A DNA stretch of 64,000 nt from Candidatus Anstonellales archaeon (GTDB taxonomy: Archaea > Micrarchaeota > Micrarchaeia > Anstonellales > J096). The notes beneath the pieces were generated by a model. The model was given only the letters and a program-made list of their open reading frames with translations. It did not search any database and was not told where the DNA came from. Position 1 is the first letter of the stretch; the number at the start of each line of letters is the position of its first letter. The stretch spans positions 1 to 64,000 of the forward strand of contig JAWAFD010000002.1 of the NCBI GenBank assembly GCA_038890745.1. The letters run 5' to 3'. This document shows positions 9,472-19,407 of the stretch, piece by piece. Made by a program: the position numbers and the translations under genes.

Positions 9472-10668
9472 ATGTTTGGTTTTCTTAAGGAGAAGATAGG
9501 TGGATTTATCCAGAAGATAGTTGGGAAGAAGAAAGAGGAGAAGGTAAAGGAAGAAAAAAAGAAAGAGAAAAAGGAGGAAAAGAAGGCCGAGAAAAAAGAG
9601 GAAAGAAAGGGGAGAGCAGAGGCAAAGCCGAAAGAAAAACCAAAGACAAAGCCAGAGAGGAAAGAAAAGCCTTTGGTGGAAAAAAAAGAGATAAAAAAAG
9701 AAATAAGAGAAGAAAAAAAGGAGAAAAAAATAGAGGAAAAAAAGATTGAGGTACCGGAATTCCGGGAGGAGAGAAAGCCGAGGGTTAAGGTTGGGCTGCT
9801 CAAAACAATAACGAGCATGCTCTCCGGAAAGGTAAGGATTGATGAGAGCGATATAAGCGATGCGCTCGAGGATTTTGAGCTTTATCTTATTGAAGGGGAT
9901 GTTGCGATAGAGGTTGCTGAGGAAATAAAGAATGAGTTCAAGAAGAAGGTTGTTGGTAGCGAGGTAAAAGATGTGGAGGGTTTTTTGAAAAGCGCGTTCG
10001 AGAAAACGCTCGTGGATATAATGGAGGGACCCGATGTTGATATCGTAAAGCTCGCAAAAGCAAAAAAGGAAAAGCCTTTTAAGATAATGTTTTTTGGTCC
10101 GAATGGAGCGGGAAAAACAACAACGATCGCAAAGGTTGCGAATCTTTTTTTGAAAAACAAACTAAGCGTTGTTCTCTCTGCTTCTGATACTTTCAGGGCT
10201 GCGGCAATAGAGCAGCTTGAGGAGCATGGAAGAAGGCTTGGTGTCCCAGTTATAAAATCTTCATACGGTGCAGACCCGACAGCAGTTGCGTATGATGCGG
10301 TTGAGCATGCGAAAGCAAAGGGAATAGATGTTGTTCTGATAGATACAGCAGGAAGGCAGGAGACATCCTCAAACCTCATGCGCGAGATTGAGAAGATGGT
10401 AAGGGTGATAAAACCGGACTTGAAAATATACATCGGGGAGAGCATCGCGGGTAATGCCCTTCTTGAACAGGTGAAGGAATTCCATGAGAGGGTTGGGATG
10501 GATGGTGTAATACTTACTAAGATTGATGTTGACCCGAAGGGAGGGACGATACTCTCAGTTAGAAAAGCAACATCTGTACCGGTTATATATGTCGGCACAG
10601 GCCAGAACTACGATGACCTGGAAAAATTCGATGCAAGGGAGATAGCAAAAAAAATAGTTGAAGGATGA
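9472..10668 (+). CDS. ftsY: SRP receptor FtsY
   Basis: GPNGAGKTTT, DTFRAAA, DTAGR, TKID. Confidence 0.97.
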   Translation: MFGFLKEKIGGFIQKIVGKKKEEKVKEEKKKEKKEEKKAEKKEERKGRAEAKPKEKPKTKPERKEKPLVEKKEIKKEIREEKKEKKIEEKKIEVPEFREERKPRVKVGLLKTITSMLSGKVRIDESDISDALEDFELYLIEGDVAIEVAEEIKNEFKKKVVGSEVKDVEGFLKSAFEKTLVDIMEGPDVDIVKLAKAKKEKPFKIMFFGPNGAGKTTTIAKVANLFLKNKLSVVLSASDTFRAAAIEQLEEHGRRLGVPVIKSSYGADPTAVAYDAVEHAKAKGIDVVLIDTAGRQETSSNLMREIEKMVRVIKPDLKIYIGESIAGNALLEQVKEFHERVGMDGVILTKIDVDPKGGTILSVRKATSVPVIYVGTGQNYDDLEKFDAREIAKKIVEG

Positions 10669-11054
10669 GTATGAAAAAAATAGTTGTTGATACAAATTTT
10701 ATGCTCCTTCCATTCTATTTCAATGTGGATGTTTTTGACCAGATATTCTCCCTAATTGAAGAGCCTTTTAAAATAGTGATAGGAAGGAATGTTCTTTCTG
10801 AGCTTGAAAGGTTAAGAAAGGGAAGGGGAAAATCTGCGAAGGGTGCTGCGGTTGCACTTCTTTTTATTGAAAAGTACAAAAAATTTATACAGGTTGTTGA
10901 GGCGAAAGGGCATGTGGACAGATGGATTTTAAATTATGCTAAAGAAAATGATGGAATAGTCTGCACAAACGATATGAAGCTTAAAGAAAAGGCAAAGGGA
11001 ATCGGGTTGAAGGTGATAGTTTTAAAAGGAAAAGCGAGGATTGATTTTGCATGA
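10665..11054 (+). CDS. PIN-domain protein (Fcf1/Utp24-like)
   Basis: VVDTNF..ELERL..VCTND. Confidence 0.88.
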   Translation: MSMKKIVVDTNFMLLPFYFNVDVFDQIFSLIEEPFKIVIGRNVLSELERLRKGRGKSAKGAAVALLFIEKYKKFIQVVEAKGHVDRWILNYAKENDGIVCTNDMKLKEKAKGIGLKVIVLKGKARIDFA

Positions 11055-11329
11055 TTGAGTATGTAATAATTGTTGTTGCAATCGTTATTTTTATTGTTGC
11101 ATTCATGATCACGCGGCCGATCTCAGTCAGCAAGGTAAACAAAGGAGCACGTGATATAATTACAATAACAGCAAAAAAACCAATAAAAAAACTTTTCATA
11201 AAACGGGCGCATTTGGTTGTTGTGAGGAATAATCTGAAAAAGGGGGAAAAGATTGAGGTTGTTCTCCCTCATAGCACAAACCCGGTTTCCATAAGCGATG
11301 GGGAAGGGAAGATAAATATTAGTGTATGA
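11051..11329 (+). CDS. Small membrane-anchored hypothetical protein
   Basis: N-terminal TM; overlaps upstream stop. Confidence 0.65.
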   Translation: MIEYVIIVVAIVIFIVAFMITRPISVSKVNKGARDIITITAKKPIKKLFIKRAHLVVVRNNLKKGEKIEVVLPHSTNPVSISDGEGKINISV

Positions 11330-11389
11330 GGATCCCATGATCGCAGCATGGAGAAAACCTTAAATATCTCTTCTCAAGTAAATGAACTT

Positions 11390-11836
11390 ATGAAGCTTAA
11401 AACAGCTTGGAGAAATATTAAAAATACTGGTTTGATTCTAGTATCATTACTGCCTGCTTTAAGCTGCGCATTTGCTCATAGGGAGGTTCAGCCAACCGAA
11501 AGCCCTAAAAGCGCTCCCACTCAGAATACCACTCAGAATACTAGTGATAGTATGATAAGTGCTCAAAAAACAAAAGAAGTAGCCAAAGATACGATTCCTG
11601 TAAAAACAGATACAACAAAAGTTTTTGATGAGAAAAGCGAGGAAAAAATAGAGAGCTACATAAACGAACTCATAAATACGGGTCGGATAACACTCCCCAA
11701 AGAAGATGGGTGGATGGCTAAAGTAATACAGGATAGGCTTAATCCTAAGGATGGATACTACTACATGATATCAATTCACAGAGATAGCAAATCAGGAGAT
11801 ATTGATATATATCTAATTGTTAGAATGAAATTTTAG
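11390..11836 (+). CDS. Secreted orphan protein
   Basis: Signal peptide from MKLKTAW; TATA-like CTTAAATA upstream favours this start over 11348. Confidence 0.6.
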   Translation: MKLKTAWRNIKNTGLILVSLLPALSCAFAHREVQPTESPKSAPTQNTTQNTSDSMISAQKTKEVAKDTIPVKTDTTKVFDEKSEEKIESYINELINTGRITLPKEDGWMAKVIQDRLNPKDGYYYMISIHRDSKSGDIDIYLIVRMKF

Positions 11837-11847
11837 CTGATGCAAAG

Positions 11848-13902
11848 CTACTTTGTTATTCTTTGAGGCCATTTTTCAATAATTGTTTTTTTAATTTCGT
11901 CCATTGCTTTTAAATTTTCTTGTTTCTCGTAGACCGCTAGAAGCAGATCATATCCACCAAAAAATCCAGGATAGTTTTTGATTAAAGCTAATCCAATCTC
12001 TTTAGCTTTATTTAGATCGCCACTGTCAAAAGCCAACCGCCCTTCCAAGCATAAACTTAATTCATCTTTGTTTCCGATCTTGCCTAAGTAAGCTAAACTT
12101 AACGTTATTGGCTCACCCGCAAGATAGCTAAAATAAGCAAGTCCAAAATAGACATAATCTGCTGTATATCCATACTCTAAAGCCTGCTCCAACCATTCAC
12201 TATTTTGATAAGAACCACCAAATTCGGCCATGTAAATTCCTTTTATTTGGTTATCTTCGGTTGAGACATAGTAATCACCCAAAACATGGTAGCCAGGAAA
12301 GAGTGCGTTAACATGAGAGTAAACAACATCTTCTAGACTACCCTCTTCAAATTTGAATACACCTGCAGCTGAGTCAAGGATGTAATAGCCGTTAGAATAG
12401 TTAATAACACAGAAACTATGCCCTTTTGGTTCAAGCACTCCATTATCTAGATTCTTTCCTACTCTAATAGAAACCACTTGTATATTCAAACCTAATTCTT
12501 TTCCAATCGCATATGTTAAAGATACGAAATCTGTGCAATCACCTGCTTTTCTTTCAATAAACTCGTTTGCCGTGGCAGGAGGTAATCCTTCTTGATAGGT
12601 CAAACTTAGTTTTCCTCCCTGCTTTATAAAATCCCACACAAGTTTGATCTTATCCTTATCATCTAAATTTGTGTGCATTTCTTTCCTTACTTCTTCAGGA
12701 AGCTCTAGCAATTTTTCTGGCTCTGGGGTTTTTCCGCTCTCAAGTCTTTCTTTTGTTTCTCCACCCAAAGTTAGGGCAAGCCATCCAACCTTTCTAGCGC
12801 TTAAAGGATTTATTGGAAGTTTTGGGTTTGTGATTAAATAAGCAGGAAAATCCTTTTCATCAACTCTTTTTACATTCAAGTTTGAATCAACAGCATATAG
12901 ATAGATTCCATCTTCTTTAAACGCAATCAGAGGAAACTCTTTTTGTTTATACCCATAATACCAGTAGAACAGAAATTTTCTGTTATCTATACCAAGTTTG
13001 ACAAGAAGCTCATCTTCTTTATGAGGGTTCACAAAGGTAGGAGCTCCTTGTATTAGTTTTCCTTCTTGCCCTGATTTTTTTATCACAGTCAGCTCATAAG
13101 AATCATCAAAAGAAAGCTGAATTCTAAACTTTTGAGCATGCTGAGCCGCGGTTAGTGTATCTTTATCTTCTTTATGCACTGGGCAATCCTCATCCATTTC
13201 CTTTATTCTTAAAACCTCCTCAACCGTCATGTGCCTTGGTCTTTTTTTCCTCAAACTTTCAGGAATCTCCGCATTTATTTTTTTCAGCGCATTCTCGACA
13301 GTTTTGTTTTTGTGCGCGTAGAGTTCGCGGATTAGTTTTTCCTCCCACTCCGTAAGCTTTCTTTTCTTTTTTAGAACCATCACGATGGAATCAACTTTTG
13401 GCTTAGGGAAAAAATTTTCTTTTGAAATCGCAAAGCCTTTTTTTACCTCAAAACAAATCTGGGAGGTTACGCTCAGCCTCCCGTAGTTTTTCTCCCCGGG
13501 CTTTGCAACCATCTTCTCCCCAAACTCCTTCTGCACCATGAGCACCGCTTCCTTAAATTCCCAGTCCAAAAGCCTGAATATTATTTTTGATGAGATGTAA
13601 TAAGGAATGTTTCCAAAAATTACATCAACCTTAAAGGGCCTTAGTTTTAGAAAATCCCCAGAGATTATTTCCACATTATCTTTTCCCTCGAATTTATTTT
13701 TCAATAACTCCACAAGCTCTTTATCCAGCTCGACCAAAAAAAGCTTTTTAGGTTTTCTGGAAAGCAGGATCTCGCTAAGCCTCCCGTCTCCGGATCCGAT
13801 TTCCAAAACTTTTTTGTTTTCTATCTCCGCCAGGTTCGCCTCTCTTTCGAGGATACTTCTGTTTTTTAGAAAGCTCTGGCCGAGAGATTTTTTTATTTTC
13901 AT
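11848..13902 (-). CDS. rsmA: 16S rRNA dimethyltransferase RsmA/KsgA fused to a transglutaminase-like and TPR-like region
   Basis: LGQSFL, VLEIGSGDG, GNIPYYIS, FFPKPKVDS in aa 1-235; then GDCTDF..GHSF..ILDS. Confidence 0.85.
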   Translation of the reverse strand: MKIKKSLGQSFLKNRSILEREANLAEIENKKVLEIGSGDGRLSEILLSRKPKKLFLVELDKELVELLKNKFEGKDNVEIISGDFLKLRPFKVDVIFGNIPYYISSKIIFRLLDWEFKEAVLMVQKEFGEKMVAKPGEKNYGRLSVTSQICFEVKKGFAISKENFFPKPKVDSIVMVLKKKRKLTEWEEKLIRELYAHKNKTVENALKKINAEIPESLRKKRPRHMTVEEVLRIKEMDEDCPVHKEDKDTLTAAQHAQKFRIQLSFDDSYELTVIKKSGQEGKLIQGAPTFVNPHKEDELLVKLGIDNRKFLFYWYYGYKQKEFPLIAFKEDGIYLYAVDSNLNVKRVDEKDFPAYLITNPKLPINPLSARKVGWLALTLGGETKERLESGKTPEPEKLLELPEEVRKEMHTNLDDKDKIKLVWDFIKQGGKLSLTYQEGLPPATANEFIERKAGDCTDFVSLTYAIGKELGLNIQVVSIRVGKNLDNGVLEPKGHSFCVINYSNGYYILDSAAGVFKFEEGSLEDVVYSHVNALFPGYHVLGDYYVSTEDNQIKGIYMAEFGGSYQNSEWLEQALEYGYTADYVYFGLAYFSYLAGEPITLSLAYLGKIGNKDELSLCLEGRLAFDSGDLNKAKEIGLALIKNYPGFFGGYDLLLAVYEKQENLKAMDEIKKTIIEKWPQRITK

Positions 13903-14465
13903 AGAACCACATGGAATAAGATTGCGCTAGCCATCGGAATAATAAAGTTATCATCTATTCCTTGCGGGATGGTCTCGACAATGGCCATTACTAGGGAAAA
14001 AACAACCACCGCCGGGCCTATGAAAAAATAGGATAAGAGCGTCCCGATAAAGAATGCGCACATCCCTTCCAATGTTTTTTGATTGTTCCATGGGATTTTT
14101 GTTTTTCCAGCCCTTCCGAAAATGTTTGAGAATGAATCACCAACAGCAAGAGCGATTATAGATGCCGCGATCTCCTCTTGGTTTTGGAGGAATGCGGAGC
14201 ATATCAACAGACCCGAGACATACCAAACAGTGGACTCACCAAGAAATTTTGCATCCTTTCTCTCAAACATACTCACAATTTTTTTTATCGTTGGAAACCT
14301 TCCGAGTATAAGCTGGTTTATGAGCAACACCCCTGATATGAAAGCTATTGAAAGGGCTAGCAGGAGGCTGTTCCTCCCCCTTATGACAAGAAGGATAAGG
14401 AAAAATATCCCCAATGCAAGATGAAGGATCTGCCTGCTTGTTTCTTTATCAAGTTTTAATCCCAA
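13899..14465 (-). CDS. Polyprenol/dolichol kinase (CTP-transferase family) membrane protein
   Basis: RQILHL, GDSFSNIFG, KTLEG, DDNFIIP. Confidence 0.88.
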   Translation of the reverse strand: MGLKLDKETSRQILHLALGIFFLILLVIRGRNSLLLALSIAFISGVLLINQLILGRFPTIKKIVSMFERKDAKFLGESTVWYVSGLLICSAFLQNQEEIAASIIALAVGDSFSNIFGRAGKTKIPWNNQKTLEGMCAFFIGTLLSYFFIGPAVVVFSLVMAIVETIPQGIDDNFIIPMASAILFHVVL

Positions 14466-14949
14466 AAACCCACCCCCAAAGAATGTTTGAGAAATGAAAG
14501 ATCAAAGGAGCCATGGCAATGCTTCCAGCAACATCCACTAGGGTATGCACCCCAAGGTACATCCTCGTTAATGCTACGAGTATAGTGAAGAGCCAGAAGA
14601 AGATAAACTCCCTTTTATTCAAATAAGCAAACATTACAGAGGCTGTTATCAGAACATGACCGCTCGGAAAGCTGAAATCTGAAGGGCAGGGAATCTTTGA
14701 CTCTATCTCAGAGACGCAGGGCCTCTGAACACCAAAAACATTCTTCAGCCCTTCTGTCAGGATATATGCGAGGAATATTATGAAAAGTATCTTGCTGATC
14801 CTTGCGAAATCCTTCTCCTTCCTTTCAAAAACAACTATCAAGAATGCAATGGCTATAATGAGGAATGCCTGGCTGTTTATCAGGGTTGCAATCCCATCCA
14901 GAAAAGGGCTGTTTAGGGAATAAACAAAATATGTTGCCTTATCTATCAT
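14449..14949 (-). CDS. PAP2-family lipid phosphatase
   Basis: K..RP, SFPSGH, RMYLGVH. Confidence 0.92.
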   Translation of the reverse strand: MIDKATYFVYSLNSPFLDGIATLINSQAFLIIAIAFLIVVFERKEKDFARISKILFIIFLAYILTEGLKNVFGVQRPCVSEIESKIPCPSDFSFPSGHVLITASVMFAYLNKREFIFFWLFTILVALTRMYLGVHTLVDVAGSIAMAPLIFHFSNILWGWVFGIKT

Positions 14950-16533
14950 CTACCCAACCCCGCTGCTTCCTGCGAAATAGAATATTCCAATGGATACGAC
15001 CGCAATCCCAACAAAATAAACAAGCCCTTTTGACGGCTTTCCTTCGCTATCGCTTATGTAGAAAGCCGTGAGGCAAGAGTAGATTATTAAGTAGAGCGGG
15101 ATGACTGAATGCGCAACATCGATAATATCGGATTGCTCCTCCATAAGCCCAGCAATTTTCCCAACAAGCCCGAGAGCGGTTGAGAGTATGAGCGGGATTA
15201 TGATTGCTCCGGCCAGAAGGGTGTATTTCTGCATGCTCAAAACATTCGCCCTCTCTCTTTTCATCTCATAGAAAAGAAGCATGTCCTCAGCAAGCTCAGC
15301 AAGCCTTTCTCCTATGTGCCCCCCTGCCTCAAAAACCTTCACCATTATCTCTCCTGCTCTTGTGAGCATATCGCTTCCAACCCTCTCGCCCAAATCCCTC
15401 ACAACGATCTCAGGTTTCACATTCGCTTTCATCTGTTTGCTTGCGGTTTCAAATTCCATGCTAAGCCTTCCGAAGCCAGCATGGGCTATCCTTTCGAATA
15501 TTTTTTCAATGTGCGCTCCTTTTGGCATTCCCGCTATGCTGAACAATGCATCTGGAAGATTGCTTTCTATACTCTCAACTTCCTTTCCTTCTTTATAAGA
15601 AGAGTAAAAATTTTTTGCACTAAAAAGCAGGATTATACCAAGGATAGGGATTTTAAAAATCATATCAACCGGAACAAGCCATACTCCAACAACAATTACT
15701 GTTGCACCGGCAAGCGGCAGGTATGCCTTAAGTTCCCTCCTCTCTTTGAAAAGAGATGGTGGGAGAGAGGATTTTGATAGGAGAAGGATGAGGAGGGAGA
15801 GAAGAGGAAAAACGATGAGGTACATTATGTAAACCATCTCACCAGACATATTCATCTGAAAGGCAAACCTTCCAACAACGCTCATCACAAGGAAGAACGT
15901 TGGGGCCACAGCGGCCATAACAATAAAGAAAAGACCATACATTGCGCTTTTTGAGGAGAATTCCTTTATCCTATGCCTTTGTATGCTCAGCAGTTCATTT
16001 GCTATTCTTTTTATCTCATTCCCTCCTGCCCCCTGCTCGTAAGCAGATATCACCTGCGCAATCGCCCTCTTTACAGCTATGCTGTTTATTCTTTCTGCTA
16101 TGTTGCCTAGGGCTTTCGGAACGCTCGACCCTCTCTCTATCTCCTTCACCGCATTTTCCAATTCATTTCCGAATGGGGTTTTACTTTCTGCTATTACTTT
16201 CAGCGCCTTTACAAAAGGAACATTCATGTTTATGAGCATACCAAGGGTTCTGAGGGAAAGTGGCATTTCTGCTTCTATATCCGCAACCTTTTTTGCCAGC
16301 TTCATCTGTGGGTAGTAGATCACGTATGCATACCCAAAAGCAAAAAATATCACTCCGAAAACAACCCCGCCTAAAAGAATTCCCAAAACAAAAAACAGCA
16401 GACCGGTTGCTATCGCAAGGGAAACAAACCTCCCTTCATCTATCTCATACCCCAACCCCCTGAGCGCCTTCTTTACGCTCTCTGCTTTAACATTCAGCGC
16501 AGGGAATTTTTCAGCAAGCTCAAAGAGATTCAT
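14950..16533 (-). CDS. Type IV pilus/T2SS platform protein (TadB/TadC-like, two T2SF domains)
   Basis: IEAEMPLSLR and IESNLPDALF repeats, multiple TMs; start overlaps upstream stop. Confidence 0.88.
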   Translation of the reverse strand: MNLFELAEKFPALNVKAESVKKALRGLGYEIDEGRFVSLAIATGLLFFVLGILLGGVVFGVIFFAFGYAYVIYYPQMKLAKKVADIEAEMPLSLRTLGMLINMNVPFVKALKVIAESKTPFGNELENAVKEIERGSSVPKALGNIAERINSIAVKRAIAQVISAYEQGAGGNEIKRIANELLSIQRHRIKEFSSKSAMYGLFFIVMAAVAPTFFLVMSVVGRFAFQMNMSGEMVYIMYLIVFPLLSLLILLLSKSSLPPSLFKERRELKAYLPLAGATVIVVGVWLVPVDMIFKIPILGIILLFSAKNFYSSYKEGKEVESIESNLPDALFSIAGMPKGAHIEKIFERIAHAGFGRLSMEFETASKQMKANVKPEIVVRDLGERVGSDMLTRAGEIMVKVFEAGGHIGERLAELAEDMLLFYEMKRERANVLSMQKYTLLAGAIIIPLILSTALGLVGKIAGLMEEQSDIIDVAHSVIPLYLIIYSCLTAFYISDSEGKPSKGLVYFVGIAVVSIGIFYFAGSSGVG

Positions 16534-17072
16534 TTTATCCTCTCCCATCCTCTTTCACACCTAAAAATTTTTTTATCTTTCTTTATCTGGCTTTTAAGAG
16601 CAAACCTCCCATATGGGGTTGATTTGGTTTTTGCTCTCTCAATATCCTTATTTTTGTGGAATACTATCTCGTCTCCATAGAAAGAAAGAATGCGAGCAAG
16701 TTTTTTCGCCCTGAATGTTTTTCTGGACAAGTTCGACTTTATCCTTTTTGCTATGTTTATTCTTCTGCTTATCCTATTGTTTGCGATATGCACCCTTTTT
16801 GTTGGTCTCCATCTTATACCAAAATATTCTTCTGCAGTTTCGCAGGTATAATAGAAATTGTCTACCCCAAGAAAGACTGCCGTAGCCATGGTTAATACTC
16901 GTAAAGGTTTTTCTATGAACCATGCTTTCTTTTCCTCTTCACTCGGGACGTAGTATATCCCCTTAAAAGGTGTTGGGAAAATTTTGAGTGAGGAAACCAA
17001 ACGTAGAATTTCCTTTTTTGTAAGCCCTTCTTCTCTGAGCTGTTTATAGCTTACTACTTGTTTTGGAAGCAT
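16530..17072 (-). CDS. Putative AbiEi-like antitoxin / DNA-binding protein
   Basis: wHTH-like N-terminus with FKGIYYVP, YYTCETA..FG; coupled to an AbiEii-like gene. Confidence 0.65.
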   Translation of the reverse strand: MLPKQVVSYKQLREEGLTKKEILRLVSSLKIFPTPFKGIYYVPSEEEKKAWFIEKPLRVLTMATAVFLGVDNFYYTCETAEEYFGIRWRPTKRVHIANNRISRRINIAKRIKSNLSRKTFRAKKLARILSFYGDEIVFHKNKDIERAKTKSTPYGRFALKSQIKKDKKIFRCERGWERIK

Positions 17073-17640
17073 TTTTCACCACCTTTGCAAATTCTTGGTA
17101 TCTTTTTTCATCTGTCAGTATTCTTAACTCTTCCATATTTTTTGGGGGCCCAAATTTTTTTATTATTCTATTGATTTCTTTTCCTTCTTTTTTTAGAATA
17201 AAAAAAATATCGAATAGGTCCCTTGCCTCTTTCCTCTGAGCATAACTTCCCATTTTTAACTTCAGAATCTCTTCAATAGAAGCAACCAGTAGTCTTGAGT
17301 TTCCGAATGCATAATAAGAAAAGCTTTTTATTTTTTCATCTGGTTCAAAAAATTCAACCTTTATGCCGGTATCCTCAAACTGAACAACAAACTGATCCTT
17401 ATAGGCCCCCCTAATTGTTCTATATCCCTTTTTGCTCAGACATCCTTTTAATTCTTCTTTTATTATCTTACTCTCCCCATCAGCAGCTACGAAGTCCAGG
17501 TCTATGCTTATTCTATGCTTTAAGTAAAAAAGCGCAAGGGCAGTCCCACCGATTAAAATCGCTCTTTCGTGCAAACATTCTGCCACGTCTGGCAGGATCT
17601 CCATAACTTTTTTGTATCTTCTGAGGAATACCTCATCCAT
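17044..17640 (-). CDS. AbiEii-family nucleotidyltransferase (type IV TA toxin)
   Basis: LIGGTALALFYLKHRISIDLDF; K..RKEARDLFDI. Confidence 0.9.
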   Translation of the reverse strand: MDEVFLRRYKKVMEILPDVAECLHERAILIGGTALALFYLKHRISIDLDFVAADGESKIIKEELKGCLSKKGYRTIRGAYKDQFVVQFEDTGIKVEFFEPDEKIKSFSYYAFGNSRLLVASIEEILKLKMGSYAQRKEARDLFDIFFILKKEGKEINRIIKKFGPPKNMEELRILTDEKRYQEFAKVVKNASKTSSKL

Positions 17641-17677
17641 GGATAAAATTTAAAGCAAAATATTTATATTCGTACGT

Positions 17678-17716
17678 GTTCTACCTAGATTAAAATTTTT
17701 ATAATCTAGTTAGAAC
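17678..17716. promoter_or_regulatory. Operator-like inverted repeat upstream of the AbiE-like pair
   Basis: GTTCTACCTAGATTA-N9-TAATCTAGTTAGAAC (14/15 match); TATA-like AATATAAATA on minus strand at 17670-17661. Confidence 0.65.
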
Positions 17717-17719
17717 GGC

Positions 17720-19066
17720 CTATTTCTCCAACCCATAAAATCCTTTCTGCACGCTCGCAAAAAACTCATTAAACTCTATCGGTGCTTTTTCTATTTCCTT
17801 TTTTCTTTTTACATACTCTTTTTCTACTTCCTTTTCCTCAATCCCCAGCTTCTCGCTCAGCATCGGGAATATTCTTTCAATTCCTTTTTCCTCCCACGCA
17901 TCTTTTGCAGCGTTGTATTTTATCACAGGAACAGCCTTTGCATTCTCAACCATGCTGAGCTCAACAACCCTCCTAACTTCAACATTCTTTCTTTGTTTTA
18001 GGTCGTATATAAGCATCCTTCTCTGCACCAAGATCGCATCTATGCTGTTTAGGTCCATCTCGCTTATTCCAAAGCTTTCCAATCTTAAGAGTGCTTCCTG
18101 AGCGCTTTGGGCATGGAATGTTGCGTACGCTCCCCTTGCCTGCCCTCCTAAAAGAACATCCACAAGAGCGCGTGCCTCCTCTTTATTCCTTACCTCCCCG
18201 ACAACTATCCTGTCCGGCCTCATTCTCAAAGAATCATACACCAAATCCATCAAGCTTACCCCCATCTCCTTGTTTGCAACCATTCTTACTTTGTGTGCAT
18301 GAGGGATGTTTATCTCAGGGGTTTCTTCAGTAATTAGGATCCTTTCGTTCAGCGGTACGAATGAGAATATCGCGTTCATCGTTGTTGTTTTTCCGCTTGC
18401 TGTGTTCCCAGCAATCAGGATGGAGCTATCGCTCTGCATTAGGAGAGAGAGCAGAGCCATGGTTTCTACGCTCGCAGTTTTCAGTTCAACTATCTCCTTT
18501 GGAGAAAACGGTCTATCCCTGAACCTTCTTATTGTTATTTCACCATCAGAAATGGGTGGAAGGGATGCGTGCAATCTTGAACCATCAGGAAGCATGGTGT
18601 CTAATCTTGGGTTTTGCAAAGTAATCCTTCTCCCAAGGGTTTTAGCCATTTTGTTTATTACATCCATAAGGGTTTTTTCATCTGTAAATGCAGCATTAAC
18701 CTTTTTCCATCCCTGCTTTCTTATGTAGACATATGCTGGTTTCCCAAGCCCGACTATGCTTATCTCCTCAATGTTTCCATCTTTCAGTAATTCATCTATA
18801 AAAGCAAAACCATATATGTGATGGTAGGCAACCTTTGAGAGGTATTCCTCCTGATCGCTATCCAAATATATCCCCTCCTCGCCAGCAGTGTTCTGGAGGG
18901 TTTCTTTTATTGCCTCAAGGATTTCCTCCTTATTGCTCATCTCCCGGAGCCGGGCAACTTCCTTAAACCTTTCCTCAACAACCTCAACCATCCGCTCCTC
19001 ATCTTCGCTGAGCTGAGGCATTTCTATTCTATACTCTCCTTCAGGAAGAATCCTCCATCCGAGCAT
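17720..19066 (-). CDS. Type II/IV secretion-pilus ATPase (CpaF/TadA/VirB11 family)
   Basis: GNTASGKTT, LRMRPDRIVVGEVR, ATFHA. Confidence 0.95.
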   Translation of the reverse strand: MLGWRILPEGEYRIEMPQLSEDEERMVEVVEERFKEVARLREMSNKEEILEAIKETLQNTAGEEGIYLDSDQEEYLSKVAYHHIYGFAFIDELLKDGNIEEISIVGLGKPAYVYIRKQGWKKVNAAFTDEKTLMDVINKMAKTLGRRITLQNPRLDTMLPDGSRLHASLPPISDGEITIRRFRDRPFSPKEIVELKTASVETMALLSLLMQSDSSILIAGNTASGKTTTMNAIFSFVPLNERILITEETPEINIPHAHKVRMVANKEMGVSLMDLVYDSLRMRPDRIVVGEVRNKEEARALVDVLLGGQARGAYATFHAQSAQEALLRLESFGISEMDLNSIDAILVQRRMLIYDLKQRKNVEVRRVVELSMVENAKAVPVIKYNAAKDAWEEKGIERIFPMLSEKLGIEEKEVEKEYVKRKKEIEKAPIEFNEFFASVQKGFYGLEK

Positions 19067-19080
19067 ACAGTTAAATTTAC

Positions 19081-19407
19081 CTAATAAGATTTAAAAACAC
19101 TTTTTTCCTTTTCTCTACGTATTACTTCCTGAGAAAGCTTTATTGCATTTTTTATCATGCGTCTATACAGCCATTTCTTTATTCTATCCTTCATGTTTTC
19201 TGGTCTGTCAGCTTCTATCTTTCTTAATTCCTCATAGAAAACCAGCTTCATCATAAGTGGATTTCTCATAAAATAAGAATACTCTTCTTTGCTTACACAC
19301 GTAGCCACTCTTGCCACATAGCTCTTAGCGTTTTTATTGTCCCTCAAATCCTTTAACATCCGTGTTGTTCTCCATATTTCCTTCCATGTCATTTCTCGAT
19401 ATCCCAT
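19081..19407 (-). CDS. Hypothetical protein
   Basis: ORF with GGTGG SD; no motif recognised. Confidence 0.6.
   Translation of the reverse strand: MGYREMTWKEIWRTTRMLKDLRDNKNAKSYVARVATCVSKEEYSYFMRNPLMMKLVFYEELRKIEADRPENMKDRIKKWLYRRMIKNAIKLSQEVIRREKEKSVFKSY

Noticed and set aside
7135..9818. Long Phe/Ser-rich minus-strand ORFs (7135-7884, 7400-7879, 9114-9818)
   Set aside because: Antisense shadows of Lys/Glu-rich coding sequence
11518..11541. 12-bp tandem duplication CACTCAGAATAC
   Set aside because: In-frame linker slippage (TQNT twice); unremarkable
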